From a virus (taxonomy: Duplodnaviria > Heunggongvirae > Uroviricota > Caudoviricetes), in the IMG/VR virus record IMGVR_UViG_3300021279_000020: a stretch of DNA of 18,003 bases. One strand, 5' to 3'. Position numbers and translations under genes: made by a program. Each line of letters begins with the position of its first letter. Position 1 is the stretch's first letter. Of the stretch, positions 6,781 through 14,369 are shown piece by piece. Under the pieces are notes generated by a model. That model ran no database searches and was not told where the DNA came from. It saw only the letters and a list, made by a program, of their open reading frames with translations.

Positions 6781-6914
6781 GGTGTTCATGCCCGAGGCAG
6801 ATAGCCTCAAGCACCCGCAGCAATTCTACAAAAACAAACTATTATTTTCTATGTCCTTTCACTTGTCTCATTTCTGACTATACTGATCGCTCACACAACA
6901 CAAAAGGTATAAAA

Positions 6915-7088
6915 ATGACCGTTCATGGTATATCGGAAAACAGTACTGTTCACTTACGTGAAAAAAATGGAGAATGGCTTGTAATGCAAATTATTAGAAA
7001 CGAAGATATTACATATCAACTCCGAAATACAGATACAGACGAAGAAGTAATCGCCACGCTTCAGGACATTATCTCCCCAAATAAATAA
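6915..7088 (+). CDS. Candidate small protein, 57 aa (MTVHGISENSTVHLREKNGEWLVMQIIRNEDITYQLRNTDTDEEVIATLQDIISPNK), on the opposite strand to its neighbours
   Basis: Internal ATG of track ORF 6756..7088. Upstream TATACT (-10-like) and AAGG SD; followed by the GCGGGG...CCCCGC hairpin at 7099-7119. Confidence 0.35.
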   Translation: MTVHGISENSTVHLREKNGEWLVMQIIRNEDITYQLRNTDTDEEVIATLQDIISPNK

Positions 7089-7130
7089 TCAAATCAGCGG
7101 GGCGCACAATACCCCGCACTATTCCACTTA

Positions 7131-7214
7131 TCATCCCCAGCGGCAAATCGAATACACCACCAGCGCCACCGCCATTGCAATTCCTACCGCCACGAATGCC
7201 TCAGGCCAGGTCAT
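7131..7214 (-). CDS. Candidate hydrophobic micro-protein, 27 aa (MTWPEAFVAVGIAMAVALVVYSICRWG), ATG overlapping the stop of the upstream 160-aa gene (ATGA)
   Basis: Hand translation. SD GGAGG lies about 10 nt upstream. Single predicted TM helix. Below the track size cutoff. Confidence 0.4.
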   Translation of the reverse strand: MTWPEAFVAVGIAMAVALVVYSICRWG

Positions 7215-7693
7215 CGTAAAATATCCTCCGCGCTTATCAGTCCGTTTCGCTTCAGGTAGTCCATCGCTTTATCCGGTAGTTTGCTTGATTTATTAACGCT
7301 TTTTAAGGAATGAGATAACCGCTTCACCCACATTGTTAATTCACTTACCTGATCGCCTGATGCTGGATTATTGTCGCTTTTTCCAGGCAATATGTGCTCT
7401 CGACTGGATTTCCAGAATATCCACGCCAAATCCACATTTGGATCCCGGTAATTCATCCCTTCGTTAGCACGAAGCAACAATGTTGCATGGTTTTTATCAT
7501 CCGCATAGAACCTGATAAGCGCTTCGAACTGTTCGCGACCGTCATCAGGAATTACCTGAAAGTTGCCAGCCTGACGCATAGCTATTTCCATGATCTCAAC
7601 CATATCCCCTGGTAGAATTTTACAATGCTGACCAATATGCCTCTGCTGCCTGGCATATTCGAGGATGTGCTCCAGCTTGATACGATTAATCAT
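7211..7693 (-). CDS. Hypothetical protein, 160 aa
   Basis: Track ORF. ATG 7693 overlaps the stop of the 122-aa gene (ATGA). Confidence 0.75.
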   Translation of the reverse strand: MINRIKLEHILEYARQQRHIGQHCKILPGDMVEIMEIAMRQAGNFQVIPDDGREQFEALIRFYADDKNHATLLLRANEGMNYRDPNVDLAWIFWKSSREHILPGKSDNNPASGDQVSELTMWVKRLSHSLKSVNKSSKLPDKAMDYLKRNGLISAEDILR

Positions 7694-8058
7694 GATTTAT
7701 CTCCATTAAGCATGGCATCCCGGCAGGCATTCCAGCCTTCATCAAATCCGACAATGCCATTATTTAAAGATGGACGAGCATCCGGCACCACCGGTACTGG
7801 TTGGGCTACATATAACGGCTGAACATACCAGCCCTTTGATAACCAACTATCAGCAACGTTTTTACTCCTGGTTATTGCTGGAATACCCAGGCCATTGTCT
7901 GAATGCAGCCATGCCACCGGAACCGCTTCCAGCGATGCCAGTGCAATTTTGAATAGCTCGCCCTCTACCCTGGCCATCTCTGAATTAGGGTAACATTTTG
8001 CAACCGCTATTTTTAATTTGGCTTCTTTGATTAATTGCTCTTTGGTTAATTCAGTCAT
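7690..8058 (-). CDS. Hypothetical protein, 122 aa
   Basis: Track ORF with ATG 8058, preceded by a hairpin (ACCGCC..GGCGGT) and a distal AAGGAG. Confidence 0.75.
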   Translation of the reverse strand: MTELTKEQLIKEAKLKIAVAKCYPNSEMARVEGELFKIALASLEAVPVAWLHSDNGLGIPAITRSKNVADSWLSKGWYVQPLYVAQPVPVVPDARPSLNNGIVGFDEGWNACRDAMLNGDKS

Positions 8059-8153
8059 TTTTCATTACCGCCCTTTCAGGCGGTCTCCTTATGTTCTGAG
8101 GGTGCAGGAATCCCTCCGGTTAAGGATTAAATTTTTAACAGTGCTGAATTTAA

Positions 8154-8510
8154 TTATTCAGTTCTGGATTTTGACGCCCTGCGTATCCGCGCTTTCGCGT
8201 TACGCTCAATCTGAATTAACTTTTCTATATTTTTTCGCCTTTCCTGTTCCTCCTGGCGCAATAGCTTTACATCATCTGCCAGTCTGGTTTCTCTTTTCGC
8301 CACAGAGAGCATCCAGTCAAACGGCTCCACAACTGAACCGCAGATTTTACAGCGGACCTGACGCTCTTTTTCGTCAACCCGGACAGAGGCGTGATGGCAG
8401 TATGGTCTTTCCGATGGCTCATAAAGAAAATTAACCTGATTACGTGGGTCATCCTCTTTTACCGGAAATAAAACAATATTACTTAACTCATCTTCTGGTT
8501 TTATTTCCAC
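8154..8510 (-). CDS. Hypothetical protein with putative zinc-ribbon motif (C-HH...C-x2-C), 118 aa, GTG start
   Basis: Track ORF 8154..8552. SD AGGAGA lies 6 nt upstream of GTG 8510. Overlaps the 3' end of the upstream gene by 23 nt. Confidence 0.65.
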   Translation of the reverse strand: MEIKPEDELSNIVLFPVKEDDPRNQVNFLYEPSERPYCHHASVRVDEKERQVRCKICGSVVEPFDWMLSVAKRETRLADDVKLLRQEEQERRKNIEKLIQIERNAKARIRRASKSRTE

Positions 8511-8814
8511 ATCGCTCTCCTTTGATGCGAATGCCAGCAACACGTAGTGCATGTTCTAAGTCAGCCAGATAAAGCCAGCTGCCATTTTCCTTAGGTATCA
8601 TAATATGGCGCTCATCAGCATTTATCGGGTGTCCATAGCGAAGTTCATAACCAACCGGTAACTGGACTTCCCTTGCCTCCAGTTCTGCAATGCGCTTGTC
8701 TTTGGCCTCCAGTTCATCAAGGACCTTTTTTATGGCTGGCGAATGTGTCATATAACTCGCAGCCGGACCAGCAAGCATTATCCTGAGCTGTACTTTCGCT
8801 TTTTCTATTTTCAT
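8488..8814 (-). CDS. Hypothetical protein, 108 aa
   Basis: Track ORF. Its ATG immediately follows the TAG stop of the upstream gene. Confidence 0.7.
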   Translation of the reverse strand: MKIEKAKVQLRIMLAGPAASYMTHSPAIKKVLDELEAKDKRIAELEAREVQLPVGYELRYGHPINADERHIMIPKENGSWLYLADLEHALRVAGIRIKGERCGNKTRR

Positions 8815-9126
8815 CTACGCCATTACCTTGTTTCGCAACCAGACACAAACCGGGCCATCTTCAGTATCATGAATGGAGCCAATAAACCAGCCTTCTCCCT
8901 CTGGTCGTTCCGGTTCCCAGGCGGAAATACCGGAGTCATCTGCATCTGAATTAAAATCATCTTCATCCATACTGCAAATAGTCCACTGAAGATTATTTAC
9001 CTTCATCCAGGCGTCAAATTCCTCGGTGGAAATATATTCACGACCTGCGCAAAACTTTTCATACTCCGGATGTGTCCAGCAGCCATATTCATCACGTTCT
9101 ACCTGCATTTCTTTAATTTCGCTCAC
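8815..9126 (-). CDS. Hypothetical acidic protein, 103 aa (GTG start with AGGAGG SD; alternative ATG at 9153)
   Basis: Track ORF 8815..9153. A strong AGGAGG lies 6 nt upstream of the in-frame GTG at 9126. Confidence 0.7.
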   Translation of the reverse strand: MSEIKEMQVERDEYGCWTHPEYEKFCAGREYISTEEFDAWMKVNNLQWTICSMDEDDFNSDADDSGISAWEPERPEGEGWFIGSIHDTEDGPVCVWLRNKVMA

Positions 9127-9418
9127 TTGTTGCCTCCTGGAAAATAACCGCATGTCCCAGTTTCTCCGCCAGTGCCAGTTCTGCCTTAGCGCCTGCCGAC
9201 CGCTGCCAGCCTTTCAGCATGTAAATCGCATCCACGCAGCGTATCATCGCCATGCAGATATCCATGTACTGCGGCTGTGTCAGCCCGTCCGGAAGTACTG
9301 CCGGGTTTAAAACGGTATGCCCTTCCCGTTTCAGTGCTTCTTCCGCCCTGTGAAATGCCTCGCAGTTGAAATTTTCATATCCCGTCATTGGACCGGCGAT
9401 ATAAATGCTCACCCTCAC
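9113..9418 (-). CDS. DUF4406-like / nucleoside 2-deoxyribosyltransferase-fold protein, 101 aa, GTG start overlapping the upstream stop (GTGA)
   Basis: Track ORF. The N-terminal VSIYIAGPMTG motif resembles deoxyribosyltransferase-like folds. SD AGGAGGG lies 7 nt upstream. Confidence 0.65.
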   Translation of the reverse strand: MRVSIYIAGPMTGYENFNCEAFHRAEEALKREGHTVLNPAVLPDGLTQPQYMDICMAMIRCVDAIYMLKGWQRSAGAKAELALAEKLGHAVIFQEATSERN

Positions 9419-9669
9419 GCCTGAACCCTCCTGTCGAAATAAACGTAGTTATTCACTATGCGCAGCGGCATGCCTAATTTTCTGGCAATTTCCCTTCTTT
9501 GCATGCCTCTCTGATGCAGTTGCCGCGCCAGCTCAATATCACGCTGAGAATATTTTGCCGACGGGTGAAAATCACCACGTAACATCATGCTGATGCCCAG
9601 CTCCCGTGCCTTCGTTCTCACTGCCGCTTCAGTTCGTCCGATAAGTGCACCAACGCTTTTTACCTTCAT
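9415..9669 (-). CDS. Small HTH DNA-binding protein, 84 aa (sigma-70 region-4-like or NinH-like)
   Basis: Track ORF with ATG 9669. Helix-turn-helix-like segment QRREIARKLGMPLRIVNNYV. Confidence 0.7.
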   Translation of the reverse strand: MKVKSVGALIGRTEAAVRTKARELGISMMLRGDFHPSAKYSQRDIELARQLHQRGMQRREIARKLGMPLRIVNNYVYFDRRVQA

Positions 9670-9728
9670 TGTTCCCGCGCACTACCGGAGTATCAGAATT
9701 TCAGCCCGGCACCACGTCTTCCACCCAC

Positions 9729-10445
9729 TCACCGTTGCTGTTCTCTGGTGGCGGTAATATCCCGGAGAATATCCCGGCACTTGTTCAGCTCCCGCAGCGC
9801 GGCGCAGACTCGCTCCCACTTCTGAACCTGACCTTTTGCCCGGCGCAGCTCGCGGTTAGCCACATGCAGCGATGGTAGAATCAGGTCATCTGCTTTCGTT
9901 TCGGTGACCGATGGCTGTAACTTCACAATGTCTTCCACGATTTCTGTTTTCATTTCTTCCTGTGTCGTCGTTTCCTGGACTGGTAACGCAACACCTGCTG
10001 GCTGAGGAAAGGCTTTACCATCGGTTTCCGCTACGGATGCAGCTTCCGGCTCTGCCGGTAAATCAGCGCCCGGTATGCAGTAACGAAATTTACCGCCCTG
10101 ATTTACGCGAATCAGACGCCCTTTGCTGATTGCCATGGCCAGCGATGAATTCGCCCGGCGGGAGGTAATCCCGAACATAAGTGCCAGCTCATCCGCCGTT
10201 TGTGGGCCATGTTGTTCAATCGCCTCAGTCAGCATTTGCGCTGTCACTTTCGGTACCGGTGACACTGGTTCACTTTCACCTGCCTGAGTCAGCCACCACA
10301 TCGACCCCTTGTTATCCGCTTCACCACGGCGCTTCAGTTTCCACAGTTCGTTGACCGCATCTTCACGGCTGATTCCAAGGCGGGCCGCCACTACCTGTGA
10401 AGAGGCTCTTTTCAGTGCTTTCAGTGCGTCAAATACGGTTTCCAT
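9729..10445 (-). CDS. Hypothetical protein with two winged-helix-like segments, 238 aa (start ATG 10445 with GGAGG SD; the track's TTG at 10463 is less likely)
   Basis: Track ORF 9729..10463. GGAGG lies 8 nt upstream of ATG 10445. Confidence 0.75.
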   Translation of the reverse strand: METVFDALKALKRASSQVVAARLGISREDAVNELWKLKRRGEADNKGSMWWLTQAGESEPVSPVPKVTAQMLTEAIEQHGPQTADELALMFGITSRRANSSLAMAISKGRLIRVNQGGKFRYCIPGADLPAEPEAASVAETDGKAFPQPAGVALPVQETTTQEEMKTEIVEDIVKLQPSVTETKADDLILPSLHVANRELRRAKGQVQKWERVCAALRELNKCRDILRDITATREQQR

Positions 10446-10478
10446 TAAAATTTCCTCCGACAAAATCGTTTCCCAGAT

Positions 10479-11141
10479 TCAAATAAAACCAGCAGCCTTC
10501 CGGCGTTCGTATTCCTGTTTCAGCCGTTCAATTGGCGTTGGCCCTTGCGGGTGTTTCGCCCCTTCCAGTTGTCGTCGCACTGGCGGAACACTCATCCCGT
10601 TACCAACATGCTTTGCCCATTTCGTCAGTTGCCGTTCCGCAAGTCGTTTTAACTCACCCTGCGTCATCTGGCGCTCAATCCCTCTGGTACGCATTTCGAG
10701 GCAGATGTGGTACAGCACAGGCTGTGGCCACGGGTATTTATCACTCCCGTCGTATCGCCAGGATTCATTGCGCCAGCGCCGGTACTCTTCCATCACGGCA
10801 TCCACCGTAAGACCAAATGGATTTGCCCCACTCTCCGAAATCAGTGCAACAAACTCAGCCAGGTCCGGGGGCCACGTTTCACCCGCCCGGCAGCGGTCCA
10901 TGCACTGACGGCAGACCAGACGGATTTGCTGTTCAGTCATCGCACCAATCTGGGCAATCCAGAGCTTCGAAGGTGCGGCCCCGTTCTTCTGAGTCCAGCG
11001 GTTCGAATACACCTCCCCCATAAGCTCCCACAGCTTCCAGGCCGTTTCCGTTGCTGATAAATCCGTTGTCACGTTCCCACTGTTCGCGTGCTGCCCGGAT
11101 TTCCTGAACTGCCCGTGATGCCGTGCCACCTGATGCTGCAT
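10479..11141 (-). CDS. P: Replication protein P-like (helicase loader), 220 aa
   Basis: Track ORF with ATG 11141 and SD AAGGGGG. Blocks such as PPDLAEFVALI and YDGSDKYPWPQPVLYHIC resemble lambda P (PSPGQFVAWC, YPDAESYPWKSNAHYWLV) from memory. Confidence 0.75.
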   Translation of the reverse strand: MQHQVARHHGQFRKSGQHANSGNVTTDLSATETAWKLWELMGEVYSNRWTQKNGAAPSKLWIAQIGAMTEQQIRLVCRQCMDRCRAGETWPPDLAEFVALISESGANPFGLTVDAVMEEYRRWRNESWRYDGSDKYPWPQPVLYHICLEMRTRGIERQMTQGELKRLAERQLTKWAKHVGNGMSVPPVRRQLEGAKHPQGPTPIERLKQEYERRKAAGFI

Positions 11142-11970
11142 GGCTTACCCCCTTGCTGACTGGTTTTACCTGTGCCCAGACGTGCTGCACGTGACGGGCA
11201 AATTTCTGCTCCCACTGAACCTGCGTGAAAACCTTCCCCTCTGCCATCCAGTAATCCCGGAATGCGGCAAGCTCAGCAGGTGTAAATTCCGGCTCAGGCA
11301 GAGCCATACCCCACACTGCTGCCCGTTGTCGAAAATCCGGCGACGGCTGCCAGACAGTAGTCATCGAAAATTTCCCGATGGGTTCGCTCAGGCCATCCAA
11401 GAATACAGGGGGCGCTGCCTGTAACGACAAAACTTCCTGCTCACTGGTCGGAGCACTCTCGCGTGCGTTATGTGTGGGGTTTAGATCTTTGGGTTCCTTT
11501 GGGTTCCGTGATCCGTTTTTGGGTGTCTTTGATGGAAAATTTGGGTGTCTTTGGTTATTTTCCATGCAGCTAAGAGTTCCGTTTTTGGGTTTGTTTTGTG
11601 CTGAAACATAACCATTTTCGGTACTGTTTTTATTAACAGTACCAATTTTACCCACCTTTAAAGACTCCCGTTTTTGGGTGTATTCAGGCTCGGCAACACT
11701 TTCTTCTACACCGATAAGTCGGTACACCACAATTTGCTTTGTTCTGCCTTTTCTCTCACCAGTATCAACAATTAACCCAATCTCCATCAGGTGTCGTAAA
11801 CTGTCCTGCACAGTCTTTTTGTTCAGTTCCGTTACTTCTGCCAGTGCAGATATAGACGGGTATGCGCACAAATCGGCACCGCACATATCAGCAAGCCAGG
11901 TCAATACTGACTTACTGGATGAACTGCCGGTTTTCACCTTTTTAGCCCATCGTAGTGCATCGATACTCAT
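10933..11970 (-). CDS. O: Replication initiator O-like protein, 345 aa, containing the ori iterons; its 3' end overlaps the P start by about 209 nt in another frame
   Basis: Track ORF 10933..12045 (TTG); preferred start is ATG 11970. Iteron array and AT-rich tract lie inside the gene, as for lambda O/ori. Confidence 0.75.
   Translation of the reverse strand: MSIDALRWAKKVKTGSSSSKSVLTWLADMCGADLCAYPSISALAEVTELNKKTVQDSLRHLMEIGLIVDTGERKGRTKQIVVYRLIGVEESVAEPEYTQKRESLKVGKIGTVNKNSTENGYVSAQNKPKNGTLSCMENNQRHPNFPSKTPKNGSRNPKEPKDLNPTHNARESAPTSEQEVLSLQAAPPVFLDGLSEPIGKFSMTTVWQPSPDFRQRAAVWGMALPEPEFTPAELAAFRDYWMAEGKVFTQVQWEQKFARHVQHVWAQVKPVSKGVSHAASGGTASRAVQEIRAAREQWERDNGFISNGNGLEAVGAYGGGVFEPLDSEERGRTFEALDCPDWCDD
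11486..11682. repeat. ori-like iteron array: repeated (T)CCGTTTTTGGGTGT / TTTGGGT motifs flanking an AT-rich tract
   Basis: Direct repeats containing TTTGGGT at about 11488, 11498, 11517, 11540, 11584 and 11673, with an AT-rich segment at 11600-11655. Confidence 0.6.
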
Positions 11971-12493
11971 ACGAACCCCAGACAGATATTTGTTTATCTG
12001 CAAAGTAATGTTGGTATTGCTGACGATACGCACGCTTGAAAGCAATGGCTTTTTCTATAAGCTCGTCAGTCTCACGTTCCACAACAACTGGATCCGCAAA
12101 AAGCAGCCCGGACTCCACCACATCGCCATACTCTTTGTTTAACCCGGCGATCATGTACGTAATGCTTTTTCCGTCAGTAATTTCACAATACAACCTGAAA
12201 TCACTTACCCGGATAGCCTCCATAATTGCCGGAATCAGCGCCGTGAATTTTTCACGCTTATCCCTGGTGTCGATAGCCTTCCAGCGTTCGAATATCTTCA
12301 CTCGATTAACGCCCAGCGCCCGTTGATCAACCTCGCCATCATTAAACGTGACGCGTTGAACATCGATGTTCGGGCGTTCTTTCAGAGCCCAGAATGCTTC
12401 CGTGATTAATATCGTCGCCTGCTCCTGTGTCATTCCTGGTCGGCATACCCAGGCATCCAGAGCCTCACAAACCTGTTCAGGGGTGATTTTCAT
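11942..12493 (-). CDS. CII-position protein, 183 aa (possibly YdaT-like)
   Basis: Track ORF with ATG 12493. Located between the Cro-like gene and O. Family assignment is tentative. Confidence 0.65.
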   Translation of the reverse strand: MKITPEQVCEALDAWVCRPGMTQEQATILITEAFWALKERPNIDVQRVTFNDGEVDQRALGVNRVKIFERWKAIDTRDKREKFTALIPAIMEAIRVSDFRLYCEITDGKSITYMIAGLNKEYGDVVESGLLFADPVVVERETDELIEKAIAFKRAYRQQYQHYFADKQISVWGSYEYRCTTMG

Positions 12494-12743
12494 TGTTCAC
12501 CGCCAGTGATTCATTCGCTGTAGGCTTAATCCTGCCAATAGTCAAAACCGCATCAGCAGAAAATAATCCGTTTGATGCCAGAGCAATTTTTTCAGCGTAA
12601 TTTGTTTCGCCTGTATATTCTGTGCGCGGTAATTTTCCATTATTCATCCATTTGTAGATTGCTCTTTGGCTGACACCGCAAACATCGGCTACAACAGAAA
12701 CGCGAACTGCTTTGATTACATCTGCAAGTGTTGCATGGCTCAT
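12477..12743 (-). CDS. Cro-like HTH regulator (YdaS/Cro family), 88 aa
   Basis: Internal ATG 12743 of track ORF 12477..12815, with SD GAGGG 6 nt upstream. HTH segment VADVCGVSQRAIYKWMNNGKLP. Divergent from the CI-like gene. Confidence 0.75.
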   Translation of the reverse strand: MSHATLADVIKAVRVSVVADVCGVSQRAIYKWMNNGKLPRTEYTGETNYAEKIALASNGLFSADAVLTIGRIKPTANESLAVNNENHP

Positions 12744-12822
12744 ATCACCCTCACAATGTGAACTTTGAGTACACAATATAACAGAACTGACAGTACATTC
12801 AATAGCAAATATCATTGAACTT
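12744..12822. promoter_or_regulatory. Divergent cro/cI intergenic region (oR-like) carrying an AGTACATT operator-like motif
   Basis: 79-bp AT-rich intergenic region between divergent regulators; AGTACATT at 12792-12799 and AGTACA at about 12768. Confidence 0.4.
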
Positions 12823-13242
12823 ATGGTTCATGAAGATGAAGCGCGTAAAGAGTTCGCCAGCAGGCTTGCGCTAGCCTGTGAAAATGCTGGCTTTGAACAA
12901 CACGGAAGGCAGGCAGAAATTGCCCGTCGAATGAAGCTAACACCCAAAGCGGTTAGTAAATGGTTTAATGGAGAGACAATTCCCCGTCGAGAGAAACTGA
13001 AAGAATTGGCAGCACTTATCGGAACAACACCAACTTACCTTCTGGGGGAGGACACTGAAGAAAGCGGAAGCCTGCGTTTCTATCAGGAGTTAAGTCCGAG
13101 GCAAAAAATCATCATTGAACTTCTTGATGAACTCCCTGACAGTGAAACTGATGAACTTTTAAAAACTCTTGAGGAGAAAAAACAGAAGTACAACGCAATT
13201 TATGAAGAATTAGCGCGAAAGAAAAAACAAAAAGCCTCATGA
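12823..13242 (+). CDS. CI-like repressor, HTH_XRE N-terminal domain with coiled-coil C-terminus, 139 aa; no S24/LexA-type peptidase domain
   Basis: Track ORF. HTH segment GRQAEIARRMKLTPKAVSKWFNGE. The C-terminus is Lys/Glu-rich and helical, and the protein is too short for a peptidase domain. Confidence 0.8.
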   Translation: MVHEDEARKEFASRLALACENAGFEQHGRQAEIARRMKLTPKAVSKWFNGETIPRREKLKELAALIGTTPTYLLGEDTEESGSLRFYQELSPRQKIIIELLDELPDSETDELLKTLEEKKQKYNAIYEELARKKKQKAS

Positions 13243-13299
13243 ATCTGCATAAATCCGGTAGCTTCCCTCCGGGTTTATGCTCCTCTCATCCCCTCCTGA

Positions 13300-13365
13300 T
13301 ATTTTATCCCTCACAAAAATGTACTAAAAGTACTTTACATTAGTGAACAATAAGTACATTATATC
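13300..13365. promoter_or_regulatory. oL/pL-like operator region: inverted 8-mers AATGTACT (13318-13325) and AGTACATT (13353-13360)
   Basis: The same 8-mer is present in the cro/cI intergenic region, and further GTAC-centred repeats lie between the two copies here. Confidence 0.35.
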
Positions 13366-13537
13366 AACCAACCACCCCACCCACAGAACGCCAGGCAATA
13401 CTTCGAGTTACCCGGCAGTGGTCAGGAGTTAAGTAGCCAGCCCGAGGCGTATGAACATGACGGCGGGAACACTTTGTATAACAGCGCAGCAGGTTTTTAG
13501 TTCCGCTACCCCGGCGTTAAGGGGAAATGAGGTCAAC

Positions 13538-13690
13538 ATGGATACGCTCAATCTTGGCAACAACGAATCTCTGGTATGCGGTGTGTTCCCTAACCAGGAC
13601 GGCACGTTTACCGCGATGACGTATACCAAAAGTAAAAAGTTTAAAACCGAAGCTGGCGCGCGTCGCTGGTTAGCCAGAAACACTAACTGA
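13538..13690 (+). CDS. Small early protein, 50 aa (possibly DUF1391/YdfA-like); alternative start ATG 13451
   Basis: Track ORF 13451..13690. SD GAGG lies 7 nt upstream of ATG 13538. Confidence 0.5.
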   Translation: MDTLNLGNNESLVCGVFPNQDGTFTAMTYTKSKKFKTEAGARRWLARNTN

Positions 13691-14180
13691 TTAGCACCAG
13701 TAAAAACAGGTTGCCACTGGTTAATTTACCCTGAAAAGTCAGGGCATAACACGAAAGCGCACGGCGAAGTTCGTATATCTGTACGGCGTCGTTAAATTTT
13801 CTTCGACCGTGCACTTCCGGTTGTGGCAATCCGCGAAATGGCGCGGCGGTAAGTATGGCTGGGGTTTCCTCCATTGCTCCAGAAAATGCACCGGGTTGTC
13901 AGGTTGACCATACGCTTAAGTGACAGCCCCGCCACAATACCCATGTGTAGTCTTTGGTGGCATCAGTTCTACTCCGTGACTGCTCTGCCACCCTTTTTAA
14001 AGTGAATTTTGTGATGCGGTGAATGCGGCTATGCGCACGCGGAACAGTTAAAACCGTAAAGTGGTCTTTTACGGGGCGTAACGGGCATACTTCTGTATTC
14101 CGGCGTTAATTGTTAACTGGTTAACGTCACCTGGAGGCACCAGGCACCACATCACAAAATTCATTGTTGAGGACGCGATA

Positions 14181-14369
14181 ATGGAAACGTTATTACCAAA
14201 CGTTAATACGTCTGAAGGGTGTTTTGATATTGGTGTTCTGCTCAGTAACCGGGAGTTTACTGAAGATGCCATTAAGATGAGAAAATATGAGCCTTATCTT
14301 CTCAATGATAATTCCATACTCTCCAGAATTGCCCTTCTTAAACTTGGTATTTTCGGGGGGCAGCAGTGA
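14181..14369 (+). CDS. Hypothetical small protein, 62 aa
   Basis: Track ORF with SD GAGGA 8 nt upstream of ATG 14181. Confidence 0.55.
   Translation: METLLPNVNTSEGCFDIGVLLSNREFTEDAIKMRKYEPYLLNDNSILSRIALLKLGIFGGQQ

Noticed and set aside
13690-14272. Minus-strand ORFs of 63 aa (13683-13874) and 67 aa (14069-14272), and an N-like antiterminator gene
   Set aside because: No SD or start context, opposite to the expected pL transcription direction, and no Arg-rich N-like motif in any frame. The region is more plausibly structured non-coding sequence.
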